Part shown: piece after piece, positions 13,074 through 26,344 of the stretch | How the letters are laid out: every line of letters begins with the position of its first letter | Position numbering within the stretch: the stretch's first letter is position 1 | NCBI RefSeq assembly: GCF_018350175.1 | Contig: NC_058368.1 | Location: 155,188,001-155,252,000 of the forward strand | Origin: Felis catus | Taxonomy: Eukaryota | DNA length: 64,000 nt | Direction: 5' to 3' | Translations under genes and position numbers: made by a program | Notes under the pieces: generated by a model | Told to the model about the DNA's origin: nothing | Database searches by the model: none | What the model saw: the letters and a program-made list of their open reading frames with translations, nothing else

Positions 13074-13198
13074 CAAGGAGCTTCCAAAGTAGAACAGAAG
13101 TTATTATATGCGGCTGTAATACAACGTAAATTGAGAGAAGAACCAACAAAGTAGCTCACAGTGGTCACAGAAGGCTTCATGGCATCCCCACCAACCAT

Positions 13199-13594
13199 TG
13201 TTGGTTCACAAACTGACCCTAAGAGAGCAAGGAGACATCCAAGTAAGGGGAAATCCACTCCAGACTGGCAAGTGGAAGGTTTAATAAGCAAAGGCACTTA
13301 CTTACAAGGCTTGCTTTGGGCCCCTTGAGATGTGTAGATTTCCACACCACCAGGCCGGAATCTTAAAAGTTTATATAGAAGCCTTAACTGGGTTCAATCA
13401 TATACCATCCCGACGGACTCAACAACACAATTGCTCTCTCAAGTCTATGTCCTTGAAAACAGCTCCCACTGTGGGAACAGTGGGGAGAGTACACATTCCA
13501 AGCACAGGGAAGGTAGCAAAGAACCTCCTCTAATTGCCCGATGTAGCTTGAGGGTCAACTAGAGGTCATGGCCTCTCGATGACCTCCTCCAACA
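13199..13594 (-). mobile_element. Solo LTR of an endogenous retrovirus (family not identified)
   Basis: TGTTGG...CCAACA terminal inverted repeat, perfect 5-bp TSD ACCAT on both sides, minus-strand TATATAAA (about 13371-13378) followed by ATTAAA (about 13280-13285). Confidence 0.85.
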
Positions 13595-13899
13595 ACCATG
13601 AGAATGAAGGGGCTTCCTTTGCATGGGAAAGCTCCCAGGGTGAGAATTTTAAAAAGCCCAAGCACACTCCAGGTGGAGTCAATCTCTTGAAAAGCACTCA
13701 GGGGCTGGAATTCTGAGCGTCAGGCTAAAGGAAAACCAAGGTTCCTTTCTGGCCCTGTGTTTAATGATCATGATATTGAAAAAGAAATCCTAGTGTCTGT
13801 TTAACTTAGTTACTTGCACACAGACCCCAGACAATTAGCAGTTCCTGATATGGGGAGGAGTGAGACTAAGTGAAAATCCGTGAAAGCTATAAATAAGCG

Positions 13900-14045
13900 A
13901 CTTGGGACTTGGGACCTAGCTTCAGCTCAGATGCTCACAAGCCATGTGCCATCGGGACACTTAGCACCTCAAGGTTTCAGTTTCCTCAATTCTAGAATGA
14001 GGGAACCAGACCAGAGGAGACGTTAAGGTCCCTCCCAGCTCTACA
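13900..14045 (+). mobile_element. MIR/MIR3 fragment
   Basis: TTTCAGTTTCCTCAATTCTAGAATGAGGG...TAAGGTCCCTCCCAGCTCTA core. Confidence 0.65.
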
Positions 14046-14659
14046 CATCCACAGCAGACTAATTACCTGGGTTCTTGCCTCTCCTTGTCTATTATTCATT
14101 AGCATCTCCACAGGAGCAATAAAAGGAAGTGAAATTTAAACCAGCCAATTTTGCTGCTTATCAGTTCTGGGAAAAGGTTTGATGAACCAGGGAGCTGAGG
14201 GCTATCTGTTGGCTTCAATTATCAACACATTTCCTGCCCACCGTTAACACCACTGATCATCAAGATTTTACTTTTTCAAGCACAGTCAACCTACTGTTGG
14301 AGTATCTTTTTTAGTATCTATAAAGCTATTTTCATAACCCCTCTGACACCTCTTTATAGGTACACAGAGTCCTAGAGGCCATTATATAATAGCTGAATAT
14401 GAAACACTAGCTACTGTATGATCTGCTAGAATTATCTTGATCAGTTTCAAATTTGTGTTCTTCTCACAGAAATCAAATGTTTCTCATCCTTTGAAATGCA
14501 TACATTCAAATGGACAGACAATACTATTTATAACATCAGGGCCACAGATAATAACCACAGTCTTCCACATTCAATAATCATATCAATAACCAATAATATT
14601 CATGCTGCTTTTATGCAGCAGACATTGGGGTAAATGGTTTACATGCTAAGGGTTTTATG

Positions 14660-15000
14660 TTATTATCTCCCACATGCTGGGAAGGAAGCTCCATGAAGGC
14701 AAGGATTTTCCCGTTTCTTTCACTGCTGATTCCCCCAGGATATAAATCAGTGCTCTGCACTATGTGGGCATTCAATTTCCGGCGATTTGTCTCTAGACCT
14801 CATGCTATTTACTGCCATACCACGACTGATAAGCCAGTGTTGTATCCTCTGTGAGAAGCTGTGTTGTGAAGGAGTCTCGAGAATCTGCCCCTACTATTTA
14901 CCACTAGGGTGCCCTTGACAAGTTATTTAACTGTTGGATGCCTCTATTTCTTACTCTATAAAATGAGCATTATACTACCTCTATCTCATAAAGTGATGGT
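14660..15000 (+). mobile_element. L2 3' fragment (about 14660-14780) followed by a MIR fragment (about 14880-15000)
   Basis: GAAGCTCCATGAAGGCAAGGATTTT...TTCACTGCT (L2); CCTTGACAAGTTATTTAAC...CTATAAAATGAG (MIR core). Confidence 0.6.
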
Positions 15001-15004
15001 TAAT

Positions 15005-15521
15005 ATCTTTTACCACATAACAAGTCACCAAAAACAAAGACTTTGAACAATAGCATCCATTTGTTTTTGTTCATGGATCTGCAGTTTGGGTGGGACTTAG
15101 TGGGGAAGGCTCATTTCTGCTCCACAGGGCAATCAGAAGGGCCGGCCCAATTGAGCATGGGATGATCTGCCTACAAGATGGCCTGCTCACATGACTGGCA
15201 AGTTGGTGCTGACTGGTGACTGATAGCAGTCTTGGTTCTTCTCTATGTGGCCTGCACATCCTCACGGCATACCAACTGCATTCTAGAGGAAAGCAACCCC
15301 AGAGAGAGAAACAGGCAGAAATCATACCCCCTCTTTTGACTTAGTTTTGGGAATCCCATACCATCACTCTTGCCATATTTTATTAGTCAAAACAGTTGAC
15401 AAAGCCCGCCCAGCTTCAAGAGAAAGAGACATAGACTGCCTATTGTTGGGGGAATGGCAAAGTTCTAGAAAAGCACAGGGAAAAGGATGTTGTGGTCATT
15501 TGGGAATATACAATCTGCCAC
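15005..15521 (-). mobile_element. MaLR LTR (MLT1H-like)
   Basis: GATCTGCAGTTTGGGTGGGACTTAGTGGGGAAGGCTCATTTCTGCTCCAC...GCTCACATGACTGGCAAGTTGGTGCTG...AATCTGCCACA. Confidence 0.75.
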
Positions 15522-16017
15522 AACCTTACTGGTGAATCTGGTTTTCCTCACAGGAAATTTGTATTTAATTACAGAATGATTGGAATGTCCAGCTACTCTG
15601 TGATTAGGTAAAACTATCTTATCTTATGACATGGAATGGCAGGGCACTGTTCACTCATCAGCCACAATAATGTGTGAAGGTTGATAGTGGGGTTTCCCTT
15701 GCCCTGGGGTAGGTAGGGAGGGAAATTTCCAGGCACTAAGCCAGGGAAGCTAGAAGGAAACCAATCCATGTATCAAACCAAAAAAGGTGAAATGGAGACA
15801 ACACCAGAGAATGGACACTGATCAGCAATGAAGAAAGAAAACAAATATTTATTAAGCCCCTGCTGTAATGGGTACTTTGATTAGGTAAGAAAATCTTTCT
15901 ACAACCTTGCCTTTCCACTGACCAGAAGGCTTTAAGTCATCATAAAGCTTGAAAATTTCACGATGTACCATCTCATTTAATCCCCACAGCAAATGCTCTC
16001 AGTAGAATTATCCAAAG

Positions 16018-16133
16018 AGTATCAGCAGAGAGCCTGACTCAGGGCTCAATCCCATGAACCGTGAGACCGTGACTTAGCTGGGACCATGACCAAGACTTTG
16101 GATGCTTCACCGACTGAGCTACCCAGGTGCCCC
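16018..16133 (-). mobile_element. Can-SINE, 3' half missing
   Basis: Reverse-complement head ...CACCGACTGAGCTACCCAGGTGCCCC; no tail. Confidence 0.88.
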
Positions 16134-16149
16134 AATGGGCAAACTTTCT

Positions 16150-16260
16150 TAAAGTGTTTCCAGCCCAGTACTCAAAGTACTCTGATTGGGCTGGCTTGGG
16201 TCACATGCCACCCACACATCAGTGACTGTGTCAGAGGAAGATAATATGCTGATTGGTGCA
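16150..16260 (-). mobile_element. Old MLT1 (J/K-like) fragment
   Basis: CTCTGATTGGGCTGGCTTGGGTCACATGCC...TGCTGATTGG. Confidence 0.55.
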
Positions 16261-17599
16261 AGAAAATAGCAGCACATTTGGGTTTGGACATATCAGTCAT
16301 CTAAGTTTTTCCAGGCAGTTTATAGAAAGGTTAAATAAAACAAGCTCTAGAAAGGCTCATTTGTTTCTTATATTTTTCTTCTCCAAATCAATTCCTTATC
16401 TATAACAAAGTATCTCTTCTCATCCAATTCTGTGAAATCCTGAAGCATCAGAAGGATGTTTTTATAAAATGGTTCCATTTACAAGTAATTCTATAGCAAA
16501 GGCCCAGAGGATCATGACGCAGTGAAGTTTTGGTATAATATTCTCTTCGATGCAATAATTCAGCCATTGTAGTGCATATCATGGGATCCTTGGTTTAATG
16601 AGAGTTTTGCTGCAAGGCATCCAATATCCATCCAATGTGCTTAAGAAAGTCAGGTAAAACAGGTGTTTCCTCAATTAACAAATTAAAGTTTTGTTACATG
16701 AAAAATAAGTGAACCAAAATAGAAGATAATATTCCTAAGAAAACATACCCGTACTCTACTTTTCTTTTTTTTTTCCAAAGACCTTGAATGTATCATTTCA
16801 TGTATACATTTTTAAAGTCATTAATTTGATACATACTTGGCTAAGAAAAATACCCCCAAAAAATCATTATTCACAGCAACCTCACATTAACCAGTCTGTG
16901 TTTAAACAAAAAAATCTGTCAGCCAATGGAGAATAATTTCTAAAGAATTAACAGAGTAATATGATCAATTGAAATTTCTAATCTTATGAAAAAATCATAC
17001 TGAAATATTTAAAAATAAGTAATTTCCATGTTTACAAATATCGTTAATCCTGTTGTTTCTTAAGTTAACTCATTGGCAGTTTGTTTTCACTTTGACAGAA
17101 TCAGAACTCCAAAATCATGCAACAATTGGGTCTTTTGGTCATATCCTACTTACAATTCATTGTTGATTGCTCTCAGAAGGTTAGCATCTGTATCATATAC
17201 TACCCAAGATAATGCTCACAGTGGAATAAAGTGAAATTTGATTCCATTCCCAACTTCCTAATTAACGTAAGCAAGTGTAAGAAATCCAGTTCTTCACTTT
17301 CTTCTAACTATTGCAACTATTAAAAACATCTTATTGTTTGGAGTCCTAAATTGCTCATCTGGAAATATTTCAAAATGGCCCCACAGAAGACCTAGGGAAG
17401 AAAGACAAAGGACAGAATGACAACGAGAAAGACATAGGCCTAAGTGTATGGCCACGTAGGCCTGGCTTGCTCTGGTTTCCATGTTCTCTGTCTGCTCTAT
17501 CGCTTAGGAAACAAGATTTGAAAACCAAATCAAGACATTTCCACTTTCATCCTTTATACAAATCTATTAGCTTCCTTTAAAGGGAGCTGCATTTATGGT

Positions 17600-17733
17600 T
17601 AGGGTAGCCATATAATTTATCTCCCAAGCCAGGACACTTTTACGAATAAAAGGGGATGTTGCTTATAACTAACTTTGTTCAATCAATGTAAAAGGAGACT
17701 GTCCTGGGAAAATTGGGACATGGGCTCAGCCTA
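17600..17733 (+). mobile_element. MER81-like hAT-Blackjack element
   Basis: TAGGGTAGCCATATAATTTATC...GGACACTTTT...AAAGGGG...GACTGTCCTGGG...GGGACATGG...CAGCCTA. Confidence 0.75.
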
Positions 17734-17851
17734 TTTACAGATCAGGAAAACTTGGTCTAAGAGAAACTAAGTTCAGGAAGAGCAGCTGTTCATTGAAAAT
17801 GTCATAAAATTCTGCACTGCATTGACTTTTTTCCTTTCATTTAAAATTCTA

Positions 17852-18055
17852 GGGGTACCTGGGTAGCTCAGTAGGTTAAATGTCCTACTCTGGATTTCGG
17901 CTCAGGTCATGATTTCACAGTTCCTGAGTTTAAGCCCCACATCAGAGTCTGTGCTGACAGTGTGGAGCCTGCTTGGGATTCTCTCTCTCCCCTTCTGTCT
18001 CCACCCCTCCCCCACTCATGCCCCCCCAAAATAAGTAAACTTAAAAATAAATAAA
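17852..18055 (+). mobile_element. Can-SINE
   Basis: GGGGTACCTGGGTAGCTCAG...GGCTCAGGTCATGAT...A-rich tail. Confidence 0.93.
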
Positions 18056-19177
18056 TACTTAAAATAAAATCCTAAATTCTTATTGGTATAAGATCCCAAT
18101 CCTTGCACTTGCCTTCTTTAGTTCCCTCACTAACCTACGACAGCTTCTCCCCAGTTTCTTATATATTCACCAGAGCCCTGGAAAAATAGATGACATATAA
18201 ACAAGCGGAGACAAACCCCGAACAGACAATAATCGCAACCAAACCCTTTCTAAGAGTGCATTGTAGTATCGTCTCCTAAAAACTTGGGGATTTAAATGAA
18301 TTTGTCTAGAACAGGGTGCTTGGAATTGTACTGACATTTCCCTGAGCTAAAGTTTCTCTCCCGGGCTTGCTCAAAGTTCCCTACTTCTATCTTAGCCCCT
18401 GTGGATCCAGAGTTCCCTCATCTGCAAGGCTTATGGTTGGCTATATACTTAGACTGGAGTTCTCTGATGACTGGGTTGTTGTTGTTAAATTACATGAACC
18501 GCTCCAGAGGAATCAGATCTTGGGATAGCTCCAAAGGCAGGTTATTTTCCTTTCAGTCCCAATTGAGTCAGAAAAATTTATTCATTTACTAGTCAGAAAA
18601 TAAACTTGATGCATGTTCCTCAGGAGATCCATGTGCTGTACCTTTGGATGGCAAAATGCCACATGTACAATCGGGAAGGAATACTCTGTCACGTGGCCCA
18701 TGGCCACAGCTGCTTGGGCCACAATTCACTAAGAGCTTGTAAGGTAAGCAAGACTGAGTCCAGAAACTACTGCGGAAAAGGCCCAGAGGGAAGTCGTGCT
18801 GTGTTCCAGGTCATGTCTTTTCTTCTGGCTTCATGGAAGGAGTACCTTCACATACGTGGGGAGGGGGCACTAGGCCACTGAGACTTGCTGTCCGCAGGAA
18901 GAGTTTGGGGCGACCAACAATGTAAATAAATCTTTCATGACATTTTCCTTGCCCTTCTGCTCCAAAACTACAACCCCTTATTCGGTCTGCCATGTCACTA
19001 CCAGCTCCTCCCGCCTTCTCCCAGGGTTTCCTAGTGGTTTTAACTGTGGACAACACTGTCCCTTTTCTGACTCAAACTAGGTGAGGAAACTGGCCAGATT
19101 TTGCTCCATGATGACCATTGTCACTGAAGAAATGTTTGGATTTCTTCAGTGAGTGAGAAGTCTTCTATTGTCAAAAG

Positions 19178-19212
19178 TAAACAAAACAAAACAAAACAAA
19201 ACAAAACAAAAC
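19178..19212. repeat. (AAAAC)n microsatellite
   Basis: Read directly from the sequence. Confidence 0.95.
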
Positions 19213-21621
19213 ACCTCACTAGCTGCTTTAGCAGAGTAGAAACTTCCTCTTTGCATGAAGTTATCCAAATCAAGCATGAACTTACTTTTTTTTTTTAAGT
19301 TTCAAAACCACCACAAATATCTGATGTCCCCAATAACATATGCATATGCCTTGAATCACTGATGGCCTAAAAATTAGTCAAATGATAACTAAAGGAATAA
19401 GTTGGCAATTTAGGGGAATTAAGATTTCATTCCTTTTACTGGAAAAAATATCACCATTATTTGAAGCTTACCAAAAAAAGATATTTTATGGGCATATTTT
19501 AGCCTACCACGCTGCAATCAAGCATTTTTATGAGGCCCATTTATATTAATAAGGCAGTAAAGGAGGAAGCTTCAGTTAAAAAACATAAGTGGCAAGAAGC
19601 CTTAGGAGCCAATGACAAGACAAAATAGGAAGCAGCATCTTCTGATTCTCCCAGCTACTCTGGATTCATCCTGCTTCCAAATTCCATTTGCTTTTTTTTC
19701 TTTTTTCTTTTTTTTTTTTTTTTTTTTTGGTGAATGTGGGAACACCCTGACCAGTCTCAAAAAGTAGGACTTGATGGCCCATCATGTGAAAAGCTATTAA
19801 CATATCCACAGTTGGCCCCGAAATATGCTTTCAAGAATTGAGAAGATTTGCCAACCCCCATTTGAATTTTTCTTCAGAAAAGTGCACTTTTATTAACACC
19901 CTCCTCCCTACTGTGGATAAAAATGGTCTCAATATTCTCATGGGAAAAAAAGAGCATTCTCAAGAGCCTCTGTAGACAGAGAAATAGAGTTTTCCCGGCC
20001 AAGAATAAAAATGGGAAAGTCTGAAATGTTTAGCGCCTCTGATTAAACCTTCAGTAGTGTGTTTCTCTTAGACAAAGCATTTGTCATAAGTAGCTTGTCT
20101 GCCTGAGTATGATTTATGTGCCTGGACTGAAATTGGCTGAATAATTTATGCTATTTATTGTTCTGGAAAGTTTCTTTTCTTAATAAATAAATAAGTGTTG
20201 TGTTAAGAGAAGGGAAATAGTGGCAAGTGTCAGCGGCATAAGGAGGGAAAAAGTTATTTTTCCATGTTGAAAGCTAATGAAGTGTATCTAAGAGGAATGG
20301 TCTCCACACAGAAGGGCAGGACTCTAATAGGTGAATATTGTCAGCATTTTCAATGAAACCAATTGGCTAAGAGAAGCTGTCAAATAGGTGTGAAATGAGG
20401 TAAAATTACGAGCGATACACTTTCTTTTAAGGTACTTTGCTTTGTTCCTTACAGTGCCTTGCAGCAAGAAATTTAATTTAAATACTGAAAATGGAATGCA
20501 GTTCTATTGATTTAAATTTGCTAAGAAAGTCTTGGACTCTATTTCCTGTTTCCTGCATAAGTACAGAACGTGTGTGAGTCTGTGTATGTGCTTGTGTGTG
20601 AGTGCCATCAGCTTTTCCACTATTTATGAGTGAGTCACAGTTTATTAGACCCTACCACAATGTATATTAGCATAAAACACATAACTTGAATTGTCAGTTT
20701 ATAAAATTTTCAGGATGTATGATTATAGTTCTGTTCTTACTGTAAATTTTTACATGGCTGTGATGATTTAATCCTACCTGCCGAAACCCTGAGCTCTTAT
20801 TAGATCTTGGTCGTTTTCTGTTGGGCTTTTTGTTTTGTTTTGTTTTGTTTTTGTTTTTTTGGGTTACCATTTTATCACATAAATTTTTCTTCCTGGAACC
20901 TATGCCAAAGACAGAGTTGTAGACAAAAGGATGGATGGATGAGTGTGGAGAAATACATGTGGCTCAGTTCAGCTGAAACTGTTTCATAGATAACTCACTC
21001 TAAGCTATGACTAAAAATATTTGAAATGTTTACAGGCTGCATAATATATATGTTTGACATATTAAAGGAGACTTCTATCAGCTGCTCAGTAACCATTCCA
21101 GAAAAACGCCTTAAAAGAACTCAAGCAAAATCACAGCCCCTCATCTGCAGTGCTGTTTCTAATTTGAAGGCAAATTCATCTCTGACACACAGCAGATTCT
21201 GTGCAGGTGGAAGCAAGCCCCTCTCTGCTCCTCTCTCTGCCAGTCAAATTATGTCATCAGTGAAGGATCACTGGTTTTTAATGATACGGTGGCCTCCATA
21301 CTGAGAAGCAGTCCTAGCACAGCAATATGCATAGCCAATAAAATGGCTGTCACCAAATTACAATTGACACTTAACATCACTAAATCTGCAGTGTAATTCC
21401 TTGTGACAGTTGTGTAGGTATATTAGAAGAAAATAATTTACTTCAAACCCAGCATGTTAGACACATTTTCCTGAGCGTAATTCATGTCACATTTACAGTA
21501 GCCAAAGCAAGCAGTCTCGAGGCAACCTTAATCTGGGAAGAGATCATAGATACTAACATGTTCATTGAAGTATGATTATTTATGCATGCAATAAACAAAG
21601 CTAGAGCAGTTGTTCATTGTA

Positions 21622-21659
21622 GGTTTTAATTGTTATTGGGGGTTTTAATTGTTATTGGG
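21622..21659. repeat. 19-bp tandem duplication
   Basis: GGTTTTAATTGTTATTGGG twice. Confidence 0.9.
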
Positions 21660-24271
21660 TTTTAAATGAATATTAGCCTCTTTTGCTGTAGGGAATAAGA
21701 AAAACTATAAAAAAACAAAGCCACATTTTATATGGAAAACAGGCATCAGCTAGAAAATCTTAATTTGGGGGTGGGAAGGGGGATTTGATGGACATTCACG
21801 CGGCCCTCACTCCCACTCCTGCTCAAGATCGGGTTCAGACTTGAAATTCTACACCAACTGCCCGCATGGCAAAAGCGTCCACATGCAACTTCCAAAATGC
21901 AAGTAAACGAAACCACCAGCAACAGCATTTCTCTTTTCTCAGAGTAATAACATTGGAGAACAAAGGTTTGAGAGGCAGACACAGTTTCTTCGGGCACACG
22001 ATTTTGATACATTCACCCCGAGCAGATCCACAGAAAGACCCTTCGCTGGCCTTATAAGCATATATAAATATGTGACAGAGTTAAAGGTCTCCACTCTTCA
22101 GAATGAAGTGGTTTGAATGTCTGGCGAAATGGGACTGCAAAAAATTCATTCCAACTTTGTCTCTGGGCAATTCACCTTTGGCCCAGTGATGATATGAGTC
22201 TTTCTGCTGATGGGGGAGATATAATAAGTCAGGTCAGGCAGTCTCTAGAAGGCAGGGGCCTATTTGTTAGCAGAATGAGGCAGGTGTACTATTCTAGGGG
22301 AGATTAGCTCATCCCAGCATGATAATTACCTCACAGGAAACCCTCAAGGTGACACATCAAATGTAGGAGCTGAACATCCAGTCCTGGAAATGGGCATGCC
22401 TGTATCGTTAAGTAGTCTTAATTTAGAAACTCCAAATTTAAAAACACAAATCAGTGAGTGATAATTTCCCTGTCCTTTCATTAAGACATTAAAATGTCTC
22501 CAGCAAGTGCGAGCTCACTGAAGAACGATAGGCTAGATTATAGCTCAGCTGCCAGGAGAAGGAATTAGCCCCCGTCCGCATTTCCTACTTGATTTTCTTA
22601 TGGGAGTGGGAGGCAGCAAACAAGACGTAAGAGAGCTCACACTCTGCTTGCTGAGGTCCTTTCGGCTATTTGTGCCACTTACTGAAGCCTACCTTTTGGA
22701 AAATCATCTAGAGTGCGTTCTGCGGTTTCTAAAACAGAATCCCAGCATTTTAGCTATGTCACCAAAGAACGGAGAAAAGGGGGAAATGTCAGTTGGCGTT
22801 ATTTGGGTTTTTATACCAAGTTTAAGAATGCAGATTGCTCTTCTTACAGCGTCCTGACTTTGGGGTGGCCGTCCTCTGTCTCAGTCTGCTGAATGCTTTA
22901 ACCATGCTCAGCAGAGCTTGGTCACTGCCTCAAGCCGTGGGCAAAAGCTAGAACCTCTTTGGTTTTCTAGGTCAGTGCAGATGACCTGAGAAATTCTTCA
23001 GCATCACTGGTCCCTTGAGCACACTCCCGACAGCACGAGTCTGGGGGAGGCAGCGGGGCCAACGGCAGGACGACAGCTGCCAGATTTATCATGTGGGCAC
23101 CAGGCTGTGGGGGGTGCACCAAGAGAAGTGGCCAAAATAGAAGCAGGAGGGTGGGATAGTATGATTAGGAGTCATGGAGCCTCACCAACTTCTCAGCTAA
23201 AGGTACAGCAAGTGAAGATGTTTCTAAGGATTTCTTAGGTGGAGAGGGAACTTATCAGAGCTTTATGGGAAATGCAAGTTTTATCACGCATCCTTAAGGA
23301 TGCATTAAAGAGAAAGTATTTCAAGCACAAAAATCAGATTGTGAACGTGAATATTAATAGAATAATCTTCATAAACATTAAGACTATAAGATATTGACTC
23401 AATTTAGTAATAAATCATTGCAGTTTTGTATTGTGTCTTTCCATGGGAAAAACCTATCCATTTTATATTCTGAAGTGACATTAAACCCACTGTTCACTGA
23501 GACCAGAAGAAATCTTTTTTGCTCATATAGTTTAAGGTCTATTCCATCTTGAGGGTAAACAATGTGATAACCCCTGGAGTAGTGGTACCCACAGAGTGAA
23601 TTTTGGCCACCTGCATGGTGGATGCTCATGAAAAATACCTCCTCTCCTAAGACCACCAGCTAGTTCAGGACACCCTGAACTAGGGTCAGTTAGGACAGTT
23701 AGGATTTCCCAGAGCCCCCATCCAGCGGCAACTACCCTCATTGTCAGGACCCCTCCACCAGCCCCACCACCGTACCTCGCAATACCTACAGCAAGAAATC
23801 AAGTAAACACAGTAACTCTTTCTGCAGGAGAAGCTGTCTACAGAAATTGTACAAAAACTATTCATCCACTGATGATGGCAGAAAGCAGCATGAAACCCTG
23901 GACACATTCATCAGGAAGTAACGTAATCTCTATTTTGGAAACATTACAATTGTGTTTTTATTCTGTAAACTTAACAGACAAAAGTGGTCCCACACAGAAG
24001 GAGGAAGTTAACTGAGGGCAGGTGGCATCTAATGTCAGTGTTCTGATACCTCCAAGCCAGGTCGTGTAATTCCCACTGCTGGAACAAGTGCAGTTTGTCA
24101 CAGAGCATATGGCCTGTTGCCTCTTTATTAGGAACAGCTGATTGGAAGAAATTGTTTTCCAAATTATCAGTGTAGAATAGTTCCATTAAAAAGGACTTTA
24201 AAGATTTCATTTTGAAAACGGTCTCTGCTTTAAAGAATGTTTTTGTCCACTGCAGGGAAGAGAGTTGAACG

Positions 24272-24273
<2 letters not shown>

Positions 24274-24304
<31 letters not shown>
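24274..24304. repeat. (CA)n microsatellite
   Basis: Read directly from the sequence. Confidence 0.97.
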
Positions 24305-24305
<1 letters not shown>

Positions 24306-25242
24306 ACAATCACACATACAAATATGTCCTCAGCCATTTTATTGTTTACCCAACCTATTCCTCCCCCACACACCCTTAGAAACTATCATTCTATTCCCAG
24401 GCCTTGCTTGTTAAGACTCTTCAATCACACTAAAAGTCTCAATTTTTAAAATGAACACGTCTTTCTGAAATTACATGTTGAATATCAAACACAGGCTATT
24501 TTAATGTTTTCAAGGCCAGACCAATATCATGGATAAGTCTGAAAAGGATGAAAGTCAAATCATGAACTGTGTATGGTTTTGATAACCAAATAATTTCAGT
24601 GATTAAGACAGAGAAGTGCGCTCTAGAATCACATTTGCACGATGATAAGAGACAGCACTTATTTTGGTTTTTTTTTTTTCCATTGACATAAGACATCAGA
24701 AAAAGAAAAGAGAAAAAATGCTTATTATAAAAACAATTCTTCTTTATTAGCTCCTATATGCATAAGAATAACTTATCAAATGGAGAATATAGGGAAATTC
24801 CAATTTTAAATTAAGATGCTATTCAATATTTTGTGAGGTCTCAATTACATTATGAACTAAATCTTAATTTATAGCAGTGATGGAAACATAAGACATTAAC
24901 TGATCTTCAGTACCTTATATTTCTGTTCCAAGACATCTAAAGATAATTATTTTCTCTATATGTCTGGATATTTTAATTTTATGAAATGATCATACAAATA
25001 ACAATCTCCTTTGAAACCAAAGCACTATCAGTTAAAGAGGTGACATTTCTTTATTATCTTCATTTTCCTACTTATCCCATATTACATAGCATACAGTATT
25101 CAAAGAAGCTACAAAATAAATAGATCTATATTTGTAGCACCGTTACATTTAATTTTACTGAAAAATACAACGTAATATTTGAAACTCACTCGGTTTCTTA
25201 AAAGAGAATATGGAATACGTTTTAAGAACCACTAAGCTTTAC

Positions 25243-26128
25243 ATCACATCATCAGGAAAATGCAAATTACAACCATGAGATACCACTCCACACTATGACA
25301 ATGGCCAAAATCCAGAACACTGACAACACCAAATGCTGACAAAGATGCGGAGCATGCACACTCTCGTTCACTGCTGGTGGGAATGCAAAGTGGTACAGCC
25401 ACTTTGGAAGACAGTTTGGCAGTTTCTTAAGCAACCAAACATATTTTTACCATACAATCTAGATACTGTACTCTTGCGATTTAGCCAAAGGAGGAGAAAA
25501 CACAACCTGCATACAGATGTTTACTGTAGCTTTATTCATAACTGCCAAAACTTAGAAGCAACCAAGATGTCCTTCGGCAGATAAATGCATAAATAAATTG
25601 TGGTACCTCCAGACAACGGAATATTATTCAGCCCTAAAAAGATATGAGTTATCAAGCCATGAAAGATATGGGGGAAACTTAAATGCACATTGTTAAGTGA
25701 AAGAAGCTGACCTGAAAGGCTACATATTATATGATTTTAACTATACGACAATCTAAAAACTGCAAAACTATGAAGATAGGAAAGAGATCAGTGGTTGCCA
25801 GGGTTTGGGGAAAGGTTAGGATAAATACATGGAGCACAGAAGATTTTTAGGGCAGTGAAAATACTCTGCATGATACCCTAATGGTAAATACATGCCGTTA
25901 TACATTTGTCCAGACCCACAGAATGTACAACATGAAGAGTGAATCTTAATGTAAACTATGGGCTGTGAGTGGTTGTGATGTGTCAACAATTATAACAAAT
26001 GAACCCTGTGATAGGGTATGTTGATGATGGGGAAGGCTATGCATGGGTGGGGGCAGGGAGTATGTGAAAATTTTCTGTACCTTAGCCTCAATTTTGCTGT
26101 GAACCAAAAATTGCTCTAAAAATGAAAT
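25243..26128 (+). mobile_element. LINE-1 3' end (L1MC1/2-like): ORF2 C-terminal remnant plus 3' UTR
   Basis: ORF track shows HTLVHCWWECKVVQPLWKTVWQFLK (L1 ORF2 C-terminus); 3' end CTCAATTTTGCTGTGAACCAAAAATTGCTCTAAAA. Confidence 0.9.
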
Positions 26129-26344
26129 CTTTTTTGAAAATTCAACATTTATTCTTGATAAAAGCATTCAGATACATTTTTTGTGAATAGTTAAAAATAC
26201 TCAAACAGAAGATTAAATTTGTCCAAGTCAGTCAAGTTAGAAGGTTTTAGATTTTGCCAGAAATTAACTTTACATGATTATAAATAAGCATTTTTCAAGA
26301 AGTTTATATCATCCTTATGTAAGTCTTTAAGATTAAAGTTCCAG

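Noticed and set aside
23288..23303. 16-bp palindrome GCATCCTTAAGGATGC
   Set aside because: About one such palindrome is expected by chance in 64 kb
15720..24801. Isolated NF-kB-like sites (GGGAAATTTCC at 15720, GGGAAATTCC at about 24792)
   Set aside because: Single short motifs without supporting context; compatible with chance
25333..25584. ORF containing HCWWECKVVQPLWK
   Set aside because: Remnant of the L1 ORF2 C-terminus, not a host gene
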